NCBI GenBank assembly: GCA_023256405.1
Contig: JAGDXK010000010.1
Location: 12,250 to 54,466 of the forward strand
Length of the DNA: 42,217 nucleotides
Source of the DNA: Nitrososphaerales archaeon
GTDB lineage: Archaea > Thermoproteota > Nitrososphaeria > Conexivisphaerales > UBA164
Direction of reading: 5' to 3'
This document shows positions 1 through 8,852 of the stretch, piece by piece (position 1 is the first letter of the stretch; each line of letters begins with the position of its first letter). A program made the translations under genes and the position numbers. The notes under the pieces are model-generated. The model ran no database searches and was not told where the DNA came from. It was given only the letters and a program-made list of their open reading frames with translations.

Positions 1-1407
1 AGGGGCACCCTGCTTCAGGACGTGGTGTACAGCGAGCTGAAGGAAGGCGGTCAGTGCCTTGTGTTTGCTGAGACGAGAAAGAAGGCCCTTGAGCTTGCGA
101 AGAACCTTTCCACAGTAACTAAGAGATTCTCCCAGGTTCCCCTCGAGCAGTCCTATCCGGAGGAAGAGGAGGACACCTCCATTACAAGGACCCTAAGATC
201 GCTCATCCCGCTTGGGGTAGCATTTCATCATGCTGGACTCCCTGCAAGCTACAGAAGGCTCGTTGAGAACCTCTTCAGGGATAACAGGATCAAGGTCATA
301 TGCAGCACTCCTACGCTTGCGGCGGGGGTAAACCTCCCCGCACGAACCGTGATAATAAATTCGATTTACAGGTTTAACGAGGACAGGAGGGAGCCAATAA
401 AGGTCATGGAGTATAAGCAGATGGCGGGAAGGGCCGGAAGGCCAAAGTACGACAAGATCGGAAAGTGCATACTGCTTGCGCAGGACGAGTACCAGGTGGA
501 CCTCTACCTGGACAGGTACGCAAGAGGAGAGCCGGAGTCCATCTCCTCAAAGCTCCTTCTTAAGGACGTTTCAACCATGGTGCTTGCACTAATCTCAATA
601 CTTGGATATGCTTCATACGAGAAGATCAAGGAGTTCTTCGACAGAACGCTCTACGCAAAGCAGAACGGGCCCCTCGACGTTCCTATAAGGGAGTCGATAG
701 AATTTCTCAGCTCAAACGGATTCATACTTATGGCAAAGAACGGGAAGTACAGGACGTCTCCCCTCGGGGACCTCACTGCAAAGCTGTACGTGTCCCCCCG
801 TACGGCCCTGTCGTTCATAAGGGCCGGGGAGGAGCTGAAGAAATGGGATGATCCTACGCTGCCTATAATCTGCCTGCTGGCATCCTCGGAGGACATGGAT
901 CCAAAGCTTGCCTCAAGAAGAAAAGACGAGGTTGAGCTGTATCAGCTGCTCAGCGTTGAGTACGAGCTTGAGCCGTTCCTAAGCGACGATTGCTCTTCAA
1001 GAACCTTCCTAGCGCTCTATGGATGGGTTAACGAGCAATCAGAACAGGAGCTGCTGGACAGGCTTGGCGTTGAGCCAGGAGACATGTACAGGATGATAGA
1101 GTCCGCCAGATGGATAGTCTACGCGTATTCAAGGCTTGCGAGAATAATAGGAATTAGCTCGGAGTCCTTTGAGCTGCCCATGATAAGAATACAGAAGGGC
1201 GTGAGGAAGGATGTGGCCAGCCTGGCGTCGCTGAGTGGCATCGGGAGAAGGAGGGCCAGGGCGCTCTACGAGGCTGGCTATCATAACCTTCTTGAGCTCT
1301 CACAGGCAAACGATGTGGAAATCGCTTCGAAGGTAAAAGGTTTCAGCCTGGTTCTCGCAAGAAAGGTCATCAGAGAAGCCAGGGAGAAGCTTGGCCTTGA
1401 GACTTAA
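1..1407 (+). CDS. hel308: Hel308/Ski2-type DNA helicase, C-terminal portion (5' end lies outside the window)
   Basis: The frame stays open back to base 1 (RGTLLQDVVYSEL...), so the listed start at 22 is internal. RecA2 helicase motifs are present: CLVFAETRKKA, GVAFHHAGL, STPTLAAGVNLPARTVII (motif V) and YKQMAGRAGRP (motif VI). A ratchet-like region and a C-terminal helix-hairpin-helix-like tail (LSGIGRRRARALYEAGY) follow, as in archaeal Hel308. Confidence 0.9.
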   Translation, partial: RGTLLQDVVYSELKEGGQCLVFAETRKKALELAKNLSTVTKRFSQVPLEQSYPEEEEDTSITRTLRSLIPLGVAFHHAGLPASYRRLVENLFRDNRIKVICSTPTLAAGVNLPARTVIINSIYRFNEDRREPIKVMEYKQMAGRAGRPKYDKIGKCILLAQDEYQVDLYLDRYARGEPESISSKLLLKDVSTMVLALISILGYASYEKIKEFFDRTLYAKQNGPLDVPIRESIEFLSSNGFILMAKNGKYRTSPLGDLTAKLYVSPRTALSFIRAGEELKKWDDPTLPIICLLASSEDMDPKLASRRKDEVELYQLLSVEYELEPFLSDDCSSRTFLALYGWVNEQSEQELLDRLGVEPGDMYRMIESARWIVYAYSRLARIIGISSESFELPMIRIQKGVRKDVASLASLSGIGRRRARALYEAGYHNLLELSQANDVEIASKVKGFSLVLARKVIREAREKLGLET

Positions 1408-2383
1408 AGTGCTTGATGTCAGGGGTGGACTTCAGAGGCTTAAAGCGCTCAAGGGCAGGAGCCTGGATCTTTCTGAGCTGCTTAGTGAGCTCTTTGCAGA
1501 GGAAACCCAGTACATGCTTACGGCCGAAGGCGAAGTCAGGGTCGAGGCGTACGATTTTACAGGAGCCTTCATGCAAGATTTCGTGATGCGCCCTGAGCCA
1601 CAGTTCGGGGAGGTAACGGTCTATTCACAGAACAACATTGAGATGCTGGCTCATGATCTGAGACCTGAAACAGCACAGCTGAGCGACCTTGCAAGCATTA
1701 TGAAGAGCTACGGAAGGATTATCGGGAGGGCCGCCGTGGCCTACTCGGGTGGACTGGACAGCTCAGTTTTGGCTCACGTTCTGCGTGACAGCTCTCCACT
1801 TCTTATTACCGTGGGTTTTGAGCATGGACAGGACATAGAAAATGCGAAGAGCAGTGCAAGGGAGCTTGGTCTGGAGCACCTTGTACATGTAATAAGCCGC
1901 TCTGAGCTCAAGGAAGCCGTCGAGGCAGTTAAGCCCTTCTGTCACACGCCCATGGACATCTCCCTGGCATCGGGATTCTTTATATTTGCAAGGACAGCTA
2001 AGGAGAACGGCTTCGACAGGGCCGTCGTTGGGCAGATGGCAGACGAGCTGTTCGGAGGGTACGCAAGGCACAGGCGGGTCCATCCTGAAATGTTAGGGGG
2101 CCTGCTTCATGAGGACATAAAAAGAGGCATATATGGCCTGAGGAGGGATGCAAGAGCTATCCTTATGGCGGGGGTTGAGCCGCTGTACCCTTATGCCTTC
2201 AGATCATTTTTCCGAAAGGCACAGGGACTTCCTCTAAGTCTGAGACGGGACAAGCTTGGTCTGAGAAGGATCGGGGAGCTGCTTGGAGTTCCTCAGACAA
2301 TTGTTTGGAAGCAAAAGAAGGCGTTTCAGTATGGAAGCGGCATAGAGAGGACGGTCAGGGAGATCATCAGGTCAGGCATCTAG
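1391..2383 (+). CDS. Asparagine-synthetase-like PP-loop ATP pyrophosphatase lacking a glutaminase domain
   Basis: It has the PP-loop AYSGGLDSSVLAHV and the downstream GQMADELFGGY, both signatures of the AsnB synthetase domain. There is no N-terminal Ntn (Cys2) glutaminase domain. The ORF overlaps the hel308 stop by 17 nt. The true start may be an internal ATG (MLTAEG... or MQDFVM...). Confidence 0.7.
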   Translation: MALRLKVLDVRGGLQRLKALKGRSLDLSELLSELFAEETQYMLTAEGEVRVEAYDFTGAFMQDFVMRPEPQFGEVTVYSQNNIEMLAHDLRPETAQLSDLASIMKSYGRIIGRAAVAYSGGLDSSVLAHVLRDSSPLLITVGFEHGQDIENAKSSARELGLEHLVHVISRSELKEAVEAVKPFCHTPMDISLASGFFIFARTAKENGFDRAVVGQMADELFGGYARHRRVHPEMLGGLLHEDIKRGIYGLRRDARAILMAGVEPLYPYAFRSFFRKAQGLPLSLRRDKLGLRRIGELLGVPQTIVWKQKKAFQYGSGIERTVREIIRSGI

Positions 2384-2397
2384 AAAAACGAAAAAGA

Positions 2398-2404
2398 TTA
2401 TAAA
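2398..2404 (+). promoter_or_regulatory. TATA box (TTATAAA) for tRNA-iMet
   Basis: An AT-rich TTATAAA is centred about 28 nt upstream of the tRNA 5' end at 2429. The same spacing is seen for the other two tRNA genes. Confidence 0.55.
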
Positions 2405-2428
2405 GCTCGCATAACATTTAATCTGAGA

Positions 2429-2507
2429 AGCGGGGTGGGGGAGCCAGGTCTACCCCGCCGGGCTCATAACCCGGAGATCGGTGGTTCAAATCCACCCCCC
2501 GCTACCA
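2429..2507 (+). tRNA. Initiator tRNA-Met (anticodon CAT), CCA encoded
   Basis: The hand-folded cloverleaf is AGCGGGG/UG/GGGG-loop-CCCC/G/CCGGG-CUCAUAA-CCCGG/AGAUC/GGUGG-UUCAAAU-CCACC/CCCCGCU-A-CCA. The A1:U72 pair and the three G:C pairs closing the anticodon stem (GGG/CCC) are the archaeal initiator signature. The genomic CCA is at 2505-2507. Confidence 0.93.
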
Positions 2508-2558
2508 CTTGTTAACAGCACATACAATGCGTTAAAGGGATCTTTCTAAGGAAAACAG

Positions 2559-3323
2559 CTATTCAACAACTTTCTGATCCTCTTCAACCTCTTCGTACCA
2601 TTTCTTGCTCTCTCCTATAGCGGCTCTTATCTTCCAGCTCATGCTCTTTGGTCTCTCCTCGATCTCCTTAAGCATAGCCCTGAGCCTTTCCTCAACACTC
2701 GCCCGCTCATCGTCCCTGAGCCCCAGGTTCCCCAAGTACTCGAGCGTTTTGTTGATGTTAATTGTGAAGGTCTTGTAAACGCCCCAATCGGTGGAGGTGA
2801 CCTTTGCAAGGTAATCCAGTTCAATGTTTTTGCACGGATCCTTTCCAAACTCATGATCGAGAACCAGAGCAACTATGTCCTTCAGGTCCTTTTCGTTTAT
2901 CTTCACTATCTGAAGCTTTGTAAACAGCAGATCGGTAATGGGCAGATGCCTGTCGCAAAGCCCTATCCTCTGTTTGAAGTCAAACTTGTGGGCCATCTCA
3001 AATACATCCAGAAACACGTCAACTCTCCTCATATTTTCAAAGTCATTGAAGATTAGCCTTTTATAGCCATAAAGCGCGTTGAACCTCTCCCGAGGCTTGT
3101 AGCCCAGGTCCCTGAACAGAGCGGAAATCTCCCTTGACTGCCTGCTGTATCCGATGAGGTCTATGTCACCATAGGCTCTGGATAACGGCCCCTCCTTAGC
3201 TGATGGGCAGGCATACCATATTGCCATGCCCCCGAGAAGCCTTAGAACGACGCCCCTCCTGTCAGCCTCCTTAAGGATTCTTTCAGCCTCCTCCCTGACG
3301 TCCTTCAGAGGCATCCCCATCAC
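2559..3323 (-). CDS. Pol-beta-superfamily (minimal) nucleotidyltransferase, uncharacterised family
   Basis: The NTase signature is present: hGG (RLLGGMAIWY) followed by the carboxylate pair in SRAYGDIDLIGY. A third acidic position (RRVDVFLD) lies on the next strand, followed by a ~150-aa helical C-terminal domain. The start (GTG 3323 or ATG 3320) overlaps the stop of the upstream phosphoesterase ORF. Confidence 0.65.
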   Translation of the reverse strand: MMGMPLKDVREEAERILKEADRRGVVLRLLGGMAIWYACPSAKEGPLSRAYGDIDLIGYSRQSREISALFRDLGYKPRERFNALYGYKRLIFNDFENMRRVDVFLDVFEMAHKFDFKQRIGLCDRHLPITDLLFTKLQIVKINEKDLKDIVALVLDHEFGKDPCKNIELDYLAKVTSTDWGVYKTFTININKTLEYLGNLGLRDDERASVEERLRAMLKEIEERPKSMSWKIRAAIGESKKWYEEVEEDQKVVE

Positions 3324-4270
3324 CCCGTCGTGAGCATATAGCTCTTCAGCTTGCCATCCTCGAGATTTATCACAGCACCTCTAAGTATTCCGTAGGGGTA
3401 GTCGCTCCCAGGATTTATTATAAGCGTCCTTCCTAAGTACTTGGCCCCCCGAGATTCATGAACATGCCCATGGAGCCCAAGCAACGGCTGATACTTTTCA
3501 ATAAGCTTTCTTACAGAAACGCTTCCGACTGGCACCATTACAACGGTACCAGGGAGGGTCACCGGCCTGAGGTTTTCATCAACCTTGGGGGCCATATCAA
3601 GCCCAGTGTTATACGGCGGGGGATGTATGTTGAAGATGGCGGACTGCATGTTTCTGACCTTGCTGGCCATTTCCTCTATCTTTTTCTCCAGCTCCTCCTC
3701 TGGAATATCGCGCGGCGCGTGCCACGGGGTCATGTTCGCATACCCAGTGCTTATCATCTCATAGCCGTCCAGCTCAACGACCTTTCCCTCCGGATGTATG
3801 ACAAAATCTGAGGACTCCAAAACCTCATCCAGCTCCAGAGCATCATCGTTTCCAGCGTTTATGATGACCTTTACACCGGTTCCTTTCAGCCTCTCCTCGG
3901 CCAGCCTCAGCCACTGTTCCAGCCTCTCCCTCATGAGCTTGAGGAAGACCTCGTTCAGCTTCTCCTTGTTAGTTAAGAGTTCCTCGTGCTCCTTCAGCGT
4001 TAGCTTCAGCGGGTAATAGCCGGAATCGGAAATCTCCTTTATCAGGCTTTCCTCCTGCTCCTTGTTCTTTATTTCAACCTTCTGTCCCAGGTAGTCTGCA
4101 AATTCGGTGCCATCATCTCTGACGAGTATAGGCACGATTGCCTTTCCGGTAAGATCGCCCCCAATTATCAGCACGTTGGCGCCGTACACCTTGGCAGCGT
4201 TTATGAACTTTCTGAAACACTTATCGCTACCGTGAAGATCCGTGGCAAAGAACACCCTTAATTTACCCAT
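3320..4270 (-). CDS. Calcineurin-like metallophosphoesterase with a charged helical insert
   Basis: All five MPE motifs are in order: FFATDLHGS (DxH), IIGGDLTG (GD), INAGNDD (GNxD/E), FNIHPPP (H) and LHGHVHES (GHxH). A ~90-aa Glu/Lys-rich insert lies between motifs II and III. Confidence 0.85.
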   Translation of the reverse strand: MGKLRVFFATDLHGSDKCFRKFINAAKVYGANVLIIGGDLTGKAIVPILVRDDGTEFADYLGQKVEIKNKEQEESLIKEISDSGYYPLKLTLKEHEELLTNKEKLNEVFLKLMRERLEQWLRLAEERLKGTGVKVIINAGNDDALELDEVLESSDFVIHPEGKVVELDGYEMISTGYANMTPWHAPRDIPEEELEKKIEEMASKVRNMQSAIFNIHPPPYNTGLDMAPKVDENLRPVTLPGTVVMVPVGSVSVRKLIEKYQPLLGLHGHVHESRGAKYLGRTLIINPGSDYPYGILRGAVINLEDGKLKSYMLTTG

Positions 4271-4446
4271 TATTCAACCTACTATGGGCCACGGCAAATA
4301 TAAGCGTTTATCAAAAGTGCAAAAGAAGGGCAACATAGAACTTCTGTTGCTAAAATTTTTAACGACAAACGCAGCTTTTTATGTTTAAAATGATTAAATC
4401 CACAAAATATTAACTAAAAGTAAAGGTTGGAAAACAAAAAGTTAAT

Positions 4447-6030
4447 ATGATGGTTTGCATTATATTTTGTAAATTGGCTGAAAAGCCAGGAGTCTTTCTC
4501 AGGAACGCCACAGGCCTGGTCAGAACCATATCTCCAACGAACATATTTCTGATAAACCTGGGAGAGATCGGCTTCGGAACGGCGCTGATAACACTGAACG
4601 AGGCCGACAGCTTCTTCCCCAACGGGAACCCCGGGGGATACGTGACCCTCGCTATACTTCTTATGACCGTAGTTGTGCTGTTTGAGGCGTATATCTATTA
4701 TTACATCGTAAGAACTGTTGGAAGGACTGCAGGGGACTACGTCTGGGTCAGCAGAAACCTTGGACCCGTTCTGGGAGGCCTTCTTGTATTCGGTTTTACA
4801 TTCACCGGGTTCCCATTCATCGCGATAGTCCTCAACTGGATGATCACCCTCTCGCTGGCGCCATCTATATCTACAATAGCGGTGGTTACGGGCTCTTCAT
4901 CGCTCCTCTCAACGGCATCTTTCATGACCTCAACCGGGTTCCTCATAGCGTTCTCATTCATCATGCTTGCCATACTCATACTTATAGACACGTTCTATCC
5001 TAAGTATGGGTTCGTCCTTCTGGGCGCGATAGTTCTGGTTGCCCTCATAGGGACGTTCATGATGGTCATACCTTATCTGGCGCTTGGTCCCTCAGGAACA
5101 ATAAGCTCCATCAACTCTTTCCTGGCATCATACAACTCCTCCTACTACTCAGTGGCCTCACAGTATCATGGGCCTACTGTATCCTGGCCAGCCGTCCTTC
5201 TCCTGTTGCCCTACACGGCTTACGCTCTTCCGTGGATAAACAATGCGGCCGACTTTTCAGGAGAGCTTAAGAACTTAAAAAGGGCTGCGTGGACCGGCAC
5301 CCTCCTTGCAGCGTCCTTCAGCGGCATAGCCCTCGCCATATTCCAGCAGATATATTACAACACAGTTGGATTCAACTTTGCAACACAGGCGATGATGTCA
5401 TGGCCCTCCTCCCTCTTCAACATGGGCGTAGTTCCCAACATGCTTACGATAGCAACCATACTCTTCAGGAGCAACCCCGCATATATCTGGATAATGAACA
5501 TAACCTTCTCCTTCTGGTATCTGGCCGCCGTTCAGCAAACGATCCTTTCCATATCAAGGTACGTTTTCGGCATGAGCTTTGACCGTCTGCTGCCTTCCTG
5601 GTTCGCGGGAGTAAGCGAGAGGTTCCACTCTCCTGTCAACTCTCTCCTTCTAACAGGGATAATCGGAGCTGTAATGATAATCATAGTTTCGTTTACTAAC
5701 TGGTTATACCTGTACTCCACTACCGCCCTTGGAATGGTCTTCTTTGCCTTTGTTGGTATAACAGCTATAGTCCACGGAATAAGAAAGAGGGACGAAGCTG
5801 GGCCTCACGCGGTACCGCTTATAATAGCCGGTATAGTCGATGCGGCCGGCTTCCTATACCTGTCATACCAGTTCCTGTTTCTACCATATTATGGAATAAA
5901 TGCTCTGTCCTGGGGCCTTATGATATTCTTCTGGGTGCTAGGCGCGCTGCTCTACCCGATATCCAGGAGCTACTTTGCAAGGAAAGGGCTGGACATAAGC
6001 CTGATTTTCAAGGAGCTGCCTCCCGAGTAA
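4447..6030 (+). CDS. APC-superfamily amino acid/polyamine permease
   Basis: This is a 527-aa polytopic membrane protein with about 12-13 hydrophobic spans and Gly/Pro-rich helix breaks typical of APC permeases. It is paralogous in layout to the ORFs at 7208-8689 and 8853-10718. An AT-rich promoter region lies upstream (4271-4446). Confidence 0.8.
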   Translation: MMVCIIFCKLAEKPGVFLRNATGLVRTISPTNIFLINLGEIGFGTALITLNEADSFFPNGNPGGYVTLAILLMTVVVLFEAYIYYYIVRTVGRTAGDYVWVSRNLGPVLGGLLVFGFTFTGFPFIAIVLNWMITLSLAPSISTIAVVTGSSSLLSTASFMTSTGFLIAFSFIMLAILILIDTFYPKYGFVLLGAIVLVALIGTFMMVIPYLALGPSGTISSINSFLASYNSSYYSVASQYHGPTVSWPAVLLLLPYTAYALPWINNAADFSGELKNLKRAAWTGTLLAASFSGIALAIFQQIYYNTVGFNFATQAMMSWPSSLFNMGVVPNMLTIATILFRSNPAYIWIMNITFSFWYLAAVQQTILSISRYVFGMSFDRLLPSWFAGVSERFHSPVNSLLLTGIIGAVMIIIVSFTNWLYLYSTTALGMVFFAFVGITAIVHGIRKRDEAGPHAVPLIIAGIVDAAGFLYLSYQFLFLPYYGINALSWGLMIFFWVLGALLYPISRSYFARKGLDISLIFKELPPE

Positions 6031-6083
6031 CCGAGTAGTATAGCTATTTTATTTTTTAGAGTAATTCAGAGTAAAAAATTGAG

Positions 6084-7211
6084 CTATAACCCGTAGGAAT
6101 CGAAGACCTCGTTAACGGCCTTTACAGCCCTCGTGATATCGGCCTCTATGCCCGAATTGTTAAGCGCTGCCCCTAGGGCCGCGATGCCCTCCGCCACGAA
6201 CGCTCTCTGCGCAGTATAGCCCATGTGACCAATTCTTATCAGCTTGTCTCTCAAGGGGCCCCAGGATCCCGCAAGCATAACGCCAAGTCTTCTCCAGGTA
6301 AAGTTAAGGACGTCCTCAGGCTTTACGGGTGAGTACACAGCAGTTACGGTGGGCGCCGAGTACCGCTCGTCCTTGACGAAGAGCTTAAGGCCCAGCGCCT
6401 TAATTCCCTCAACTGCAGCTTTGCTTGCAGCCTCGTGTCTTCTGTAAACTCGCTCAAGGCCCTCCTGCATCATGAGCCTAAGCGATTTATGAAGTGCCAG
6501 TATATCGTTTGCAGCTGGCGTGTACGGGAACATGCCCTGTGCCAGATTTTCGTCCCATACCTTTACGCTCATGTAGTAGCCTCTGTAATTGGTCCTTTCA
6601 ATAACCTCCTTCGCTTTCTTTGAGACCGCGACAATTGCAAGCCCAGGAGGGGAGCTGAAAGCCTTCTGACTGGCCATAAGGCATATGTCCACCCCCAGCT
6701 CTTCGCAGTTAACCTTAACGCCACCAACGGCTGACACGGCGTCAACTATAAAGAGCGGGCCCCTGTCCCTTATCTTCTCCGAAACAGCGGCAATGTCGTT
6801 TATCAGGCCTGAGGGGGTTTCCACGTAAACAAACGTTACAGCCTTGTATTTTTCCACGTCCTCTATCAGCTCAGCGTTAAAAGGCTCATCGTACGGTGAG
6901 TTTAGCACATCGACAGATGCCCCGTACCTTCTGGCCAGATCGGCAAACGATTCACCAAACACGCCGTTTGATAAGGCAAGGACCCTGTCACCCGGGGCTA
7001 TGGTGTTGGCTATCGCTGCCTCAAGCCCAAGCATTCCCTCGCCGCTCATTATGTAAACATCACTGCTCATTCCTATTATGTTCCTTATCATGTCAGCCGT
7101 CTCCCTGTACGTTCTGAAGAACTCTTCATCAAGATCCGGGTTTACCGATCTGAGCATCTCCTTAAGCACCTCATAGTTCATCTCGGTTGGTCCCGGCGTC
7201 AGGATCGTCAT
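6084..7211 (-). CDS. Class-V PLP aminotransferase (serine-pyruvate / alanine-glyoxylate type)
   Basis: The N-terminus reads LTPGPTE. The PLP-lysine motif is MASQKAFSSPPGL, and the C-terminus has IRIGHMGY. This is the fold-type I class V family. Confidence 0.85.
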   Translation of the reverse strand: MTILTPGPTEMNYEVLKEMLRSVNPDLDEEFFRTYRETADMIRNIIGMSSDVYIMSGEGMLGLEAAIANTIAPGDRVLALSNGVFGESFADLARRYGASVDVLNSPYDEPFNAELIEDVEKYKAVTFVYVETPSGLINDIAAVSEKIRDRGPLFIVDAVSAVGGVKVNCEELGVDICLMASQKAFSSPPGLAIVAVSKKAKEVIERTNYRGYYMSVKVWDENLAQGMFPYTPAANDILALHKSLRLMMQEGLERVYRRHEAASKAAVEGIKALGLKLFVKDERYSAPTVTAVYSPVKPEDVLNFTWRRLGVMLAGSWGPLRDKLIRIGHMGYTAQRAFVAEGIAALGAALNNSGIEADITRAVKAVNEVFDSYGL

Positions 7212-8689
7212 CCTCTGATCACCTCCGTCTCCTCCATCATCCTTATGGCCTCCTCAAAATAAAATCCACGCTTTTTCTTAGCCCACATGTCCCTGAGGAC
7301 GTAATACAATGCCGCCGCTCCAGTCACTCCAGCAACGACCTCAGCCGATATTCCTGAAGTAAATCCGAGCTGAGGATATGCGATGTAGAGATATGCAATG
7401 AAAGAATTCAGCAGAAGACCTGTCAAGCTTGCTCCGATGATTACGCGCGATCTCCTTTTAACACCCAGAATCACTCCGGCAAGCATCGTGAAAATCCATG
7501 TTATCTGGGTTGCAAAAACCACCGACACAAAATAAGGTCCAATTGCAGGAACAAAAACTATGAGATATAGCCATATAAGGGACAGGGCAAGCCCGAATAC
7601 AGCAGCCGGCACAGGAGACCTGGTCCTGTCGCTGACGACCGATAGAGAGGACGGCAGGATCCCGTCAAGAGCCTGCGATAGCACGATCCTTGAGGCACCT
7701 ATCATTATAGCTATTATGACCTGAAACATCGAGGCTATAGCTCCCATGGATAGAAGCAGAAAAAGTATGGGGTTTGGCCTCAGGAAGATCATCATTGCAG
7801 TATAGTAGGGACCTTCAATGTAGCTGTAAATACCGCTCATGTTGCCCGAGTACCAGTCCTTTGAGATCCTGCTTATGTATGCATAGCCAAGGCTTGCCTT
7901 CAGCCCCTCCCAGAGGGCGATGACGAACATTACATTAAGCAAGGCAGCAGCTGACATGGCAATAAAGTACTTTCTGCTTCTGACCTCCATTATCTCCTCG
8001 TTGTTCATCACAGACCACATACCATAACCAAGAGCACCCCAGCCAAGGGACCAGGTACCAATCGTCTCCCACAGGGACCTGTATGAGGTCGGAAAGCCGA
8101 TTGTCACCGCATACCTTATATGTGAAAACGTTATCAGAAGCCCGGAAATTCCGCCCAGCACCATGAGCGCAAATAGGGCCTTCTGGGCCTTCACGTACAG
8201 ATCCAGGCCCTTCACAACTATCACGAACGCCAGAACGAACAGAATTACGGTTAAGCCAAAAACAGAATATGGAGATGAAATAACATCGATCAGATACGTG
8301 CTTCCGTTCAAGTAGTAAATCGCAGGGATCAGAACAACATCAACGATATAGTATCCGAACCACGCAAGGAAGAAGAACTGCCATAGGACCCATCCGGTAA
8401 AGGTCGTGACGAATCCTACCCCAGGATTTATGAGTCTGCTCTGGAACACATAGTCTCCCCCAGCAAGAGGCATCTCTCTGCTCAGAATGTAATAGCTGTA
8501 GAAGAAGGGGATCGAAACCGCTAGCATTAACAGAGTTCCAACGAGAACGCTTCCTTCCGGAAAGGCCACAGGCTGAAAAGCATAGAGCAGAAACCACATC
8601 ATAGAAAAGAAGGATATAGTAAGCGAATTATACATAAAAACGTCAGAAAGCTTCATGGATTTTCTGAGGCCAGAGGCCTTTCTTTCCAT
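7208..8689 (-). CDS. APC-superfamily amino acid permease
   Basis: This is a 493-aa polytopic membrane protein with an APC-like topology. Its stop overlaps the start of the downstream aminotransferase by 4 nt, which indicates an operon. Confidence 0.8.
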   Translation of the reverse strand: MERKASGLRKSMKLSDVFMYNSLTISFFSMMWFLLYAFQPVAFPEGSVLVGTLLMLAVSIPFFYSYYILSREMPLAGGDYVFQSRLINPGVGFVTTFTGWVLWQFFFLAWFGYYIVDVVLIPAIYYLNGSTYLIDVISSPYSVFGLTVILFVLAFVIVVKGLDLYVKAQKALFALMVLGGISGLLITFSHIRYAVTIGFPTSYRSLWETIGTWSLGWGALGYGMWSVMNNEEIMEVRSRKYFIAMSAAALLNVMFVIALWEGLKASLGYAYISRISKDWYSGNMSGIYSYIEGPYYTAMMIFLRPNPILFLLLSMGAIASMFQVIIAIMIGASRIVLSQALDGILPSSLSVVSDRTRSPVPAAVFGLALSLIWLYLIVFVPAIGPYFVSVVFATQITWIFTMLAGVILGVKRRSRVIIGASLTGLLLNSFIAYLYIAYPQLGFTSGISAEVVAGVTGAAALYYVLRDMWAKKKRGFYFEEAIRMMEETEVIRG

Positions 8690-8852
8690 AAATTAGGTCT
8701 TAGAGCTGCTATATATAAAAAATCGTTTATATATAAATTATAAGTTATGCATAAAAATCGCTAGTTATCTGTTTAATTATTTCGTAATCATACCTCCTGA
8801 CTTCGTATTCGTTGAAAAAAGTTTAATAAAGTCAGGTTTTTAAATCGGTGCA

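Noticed and set aside
4396-4403. I looked for a possible att-like direct repeat of the tRNA-iMet 3' end (AAATCCAC), which would mark the NTase/phosphoesterase pair as an integrated element.
   Set aside because: Only 8 nt match, which is expected by chance in AT-rich promoter DNA. There is no integrase or recombinase gene and no obvious compositional shift.
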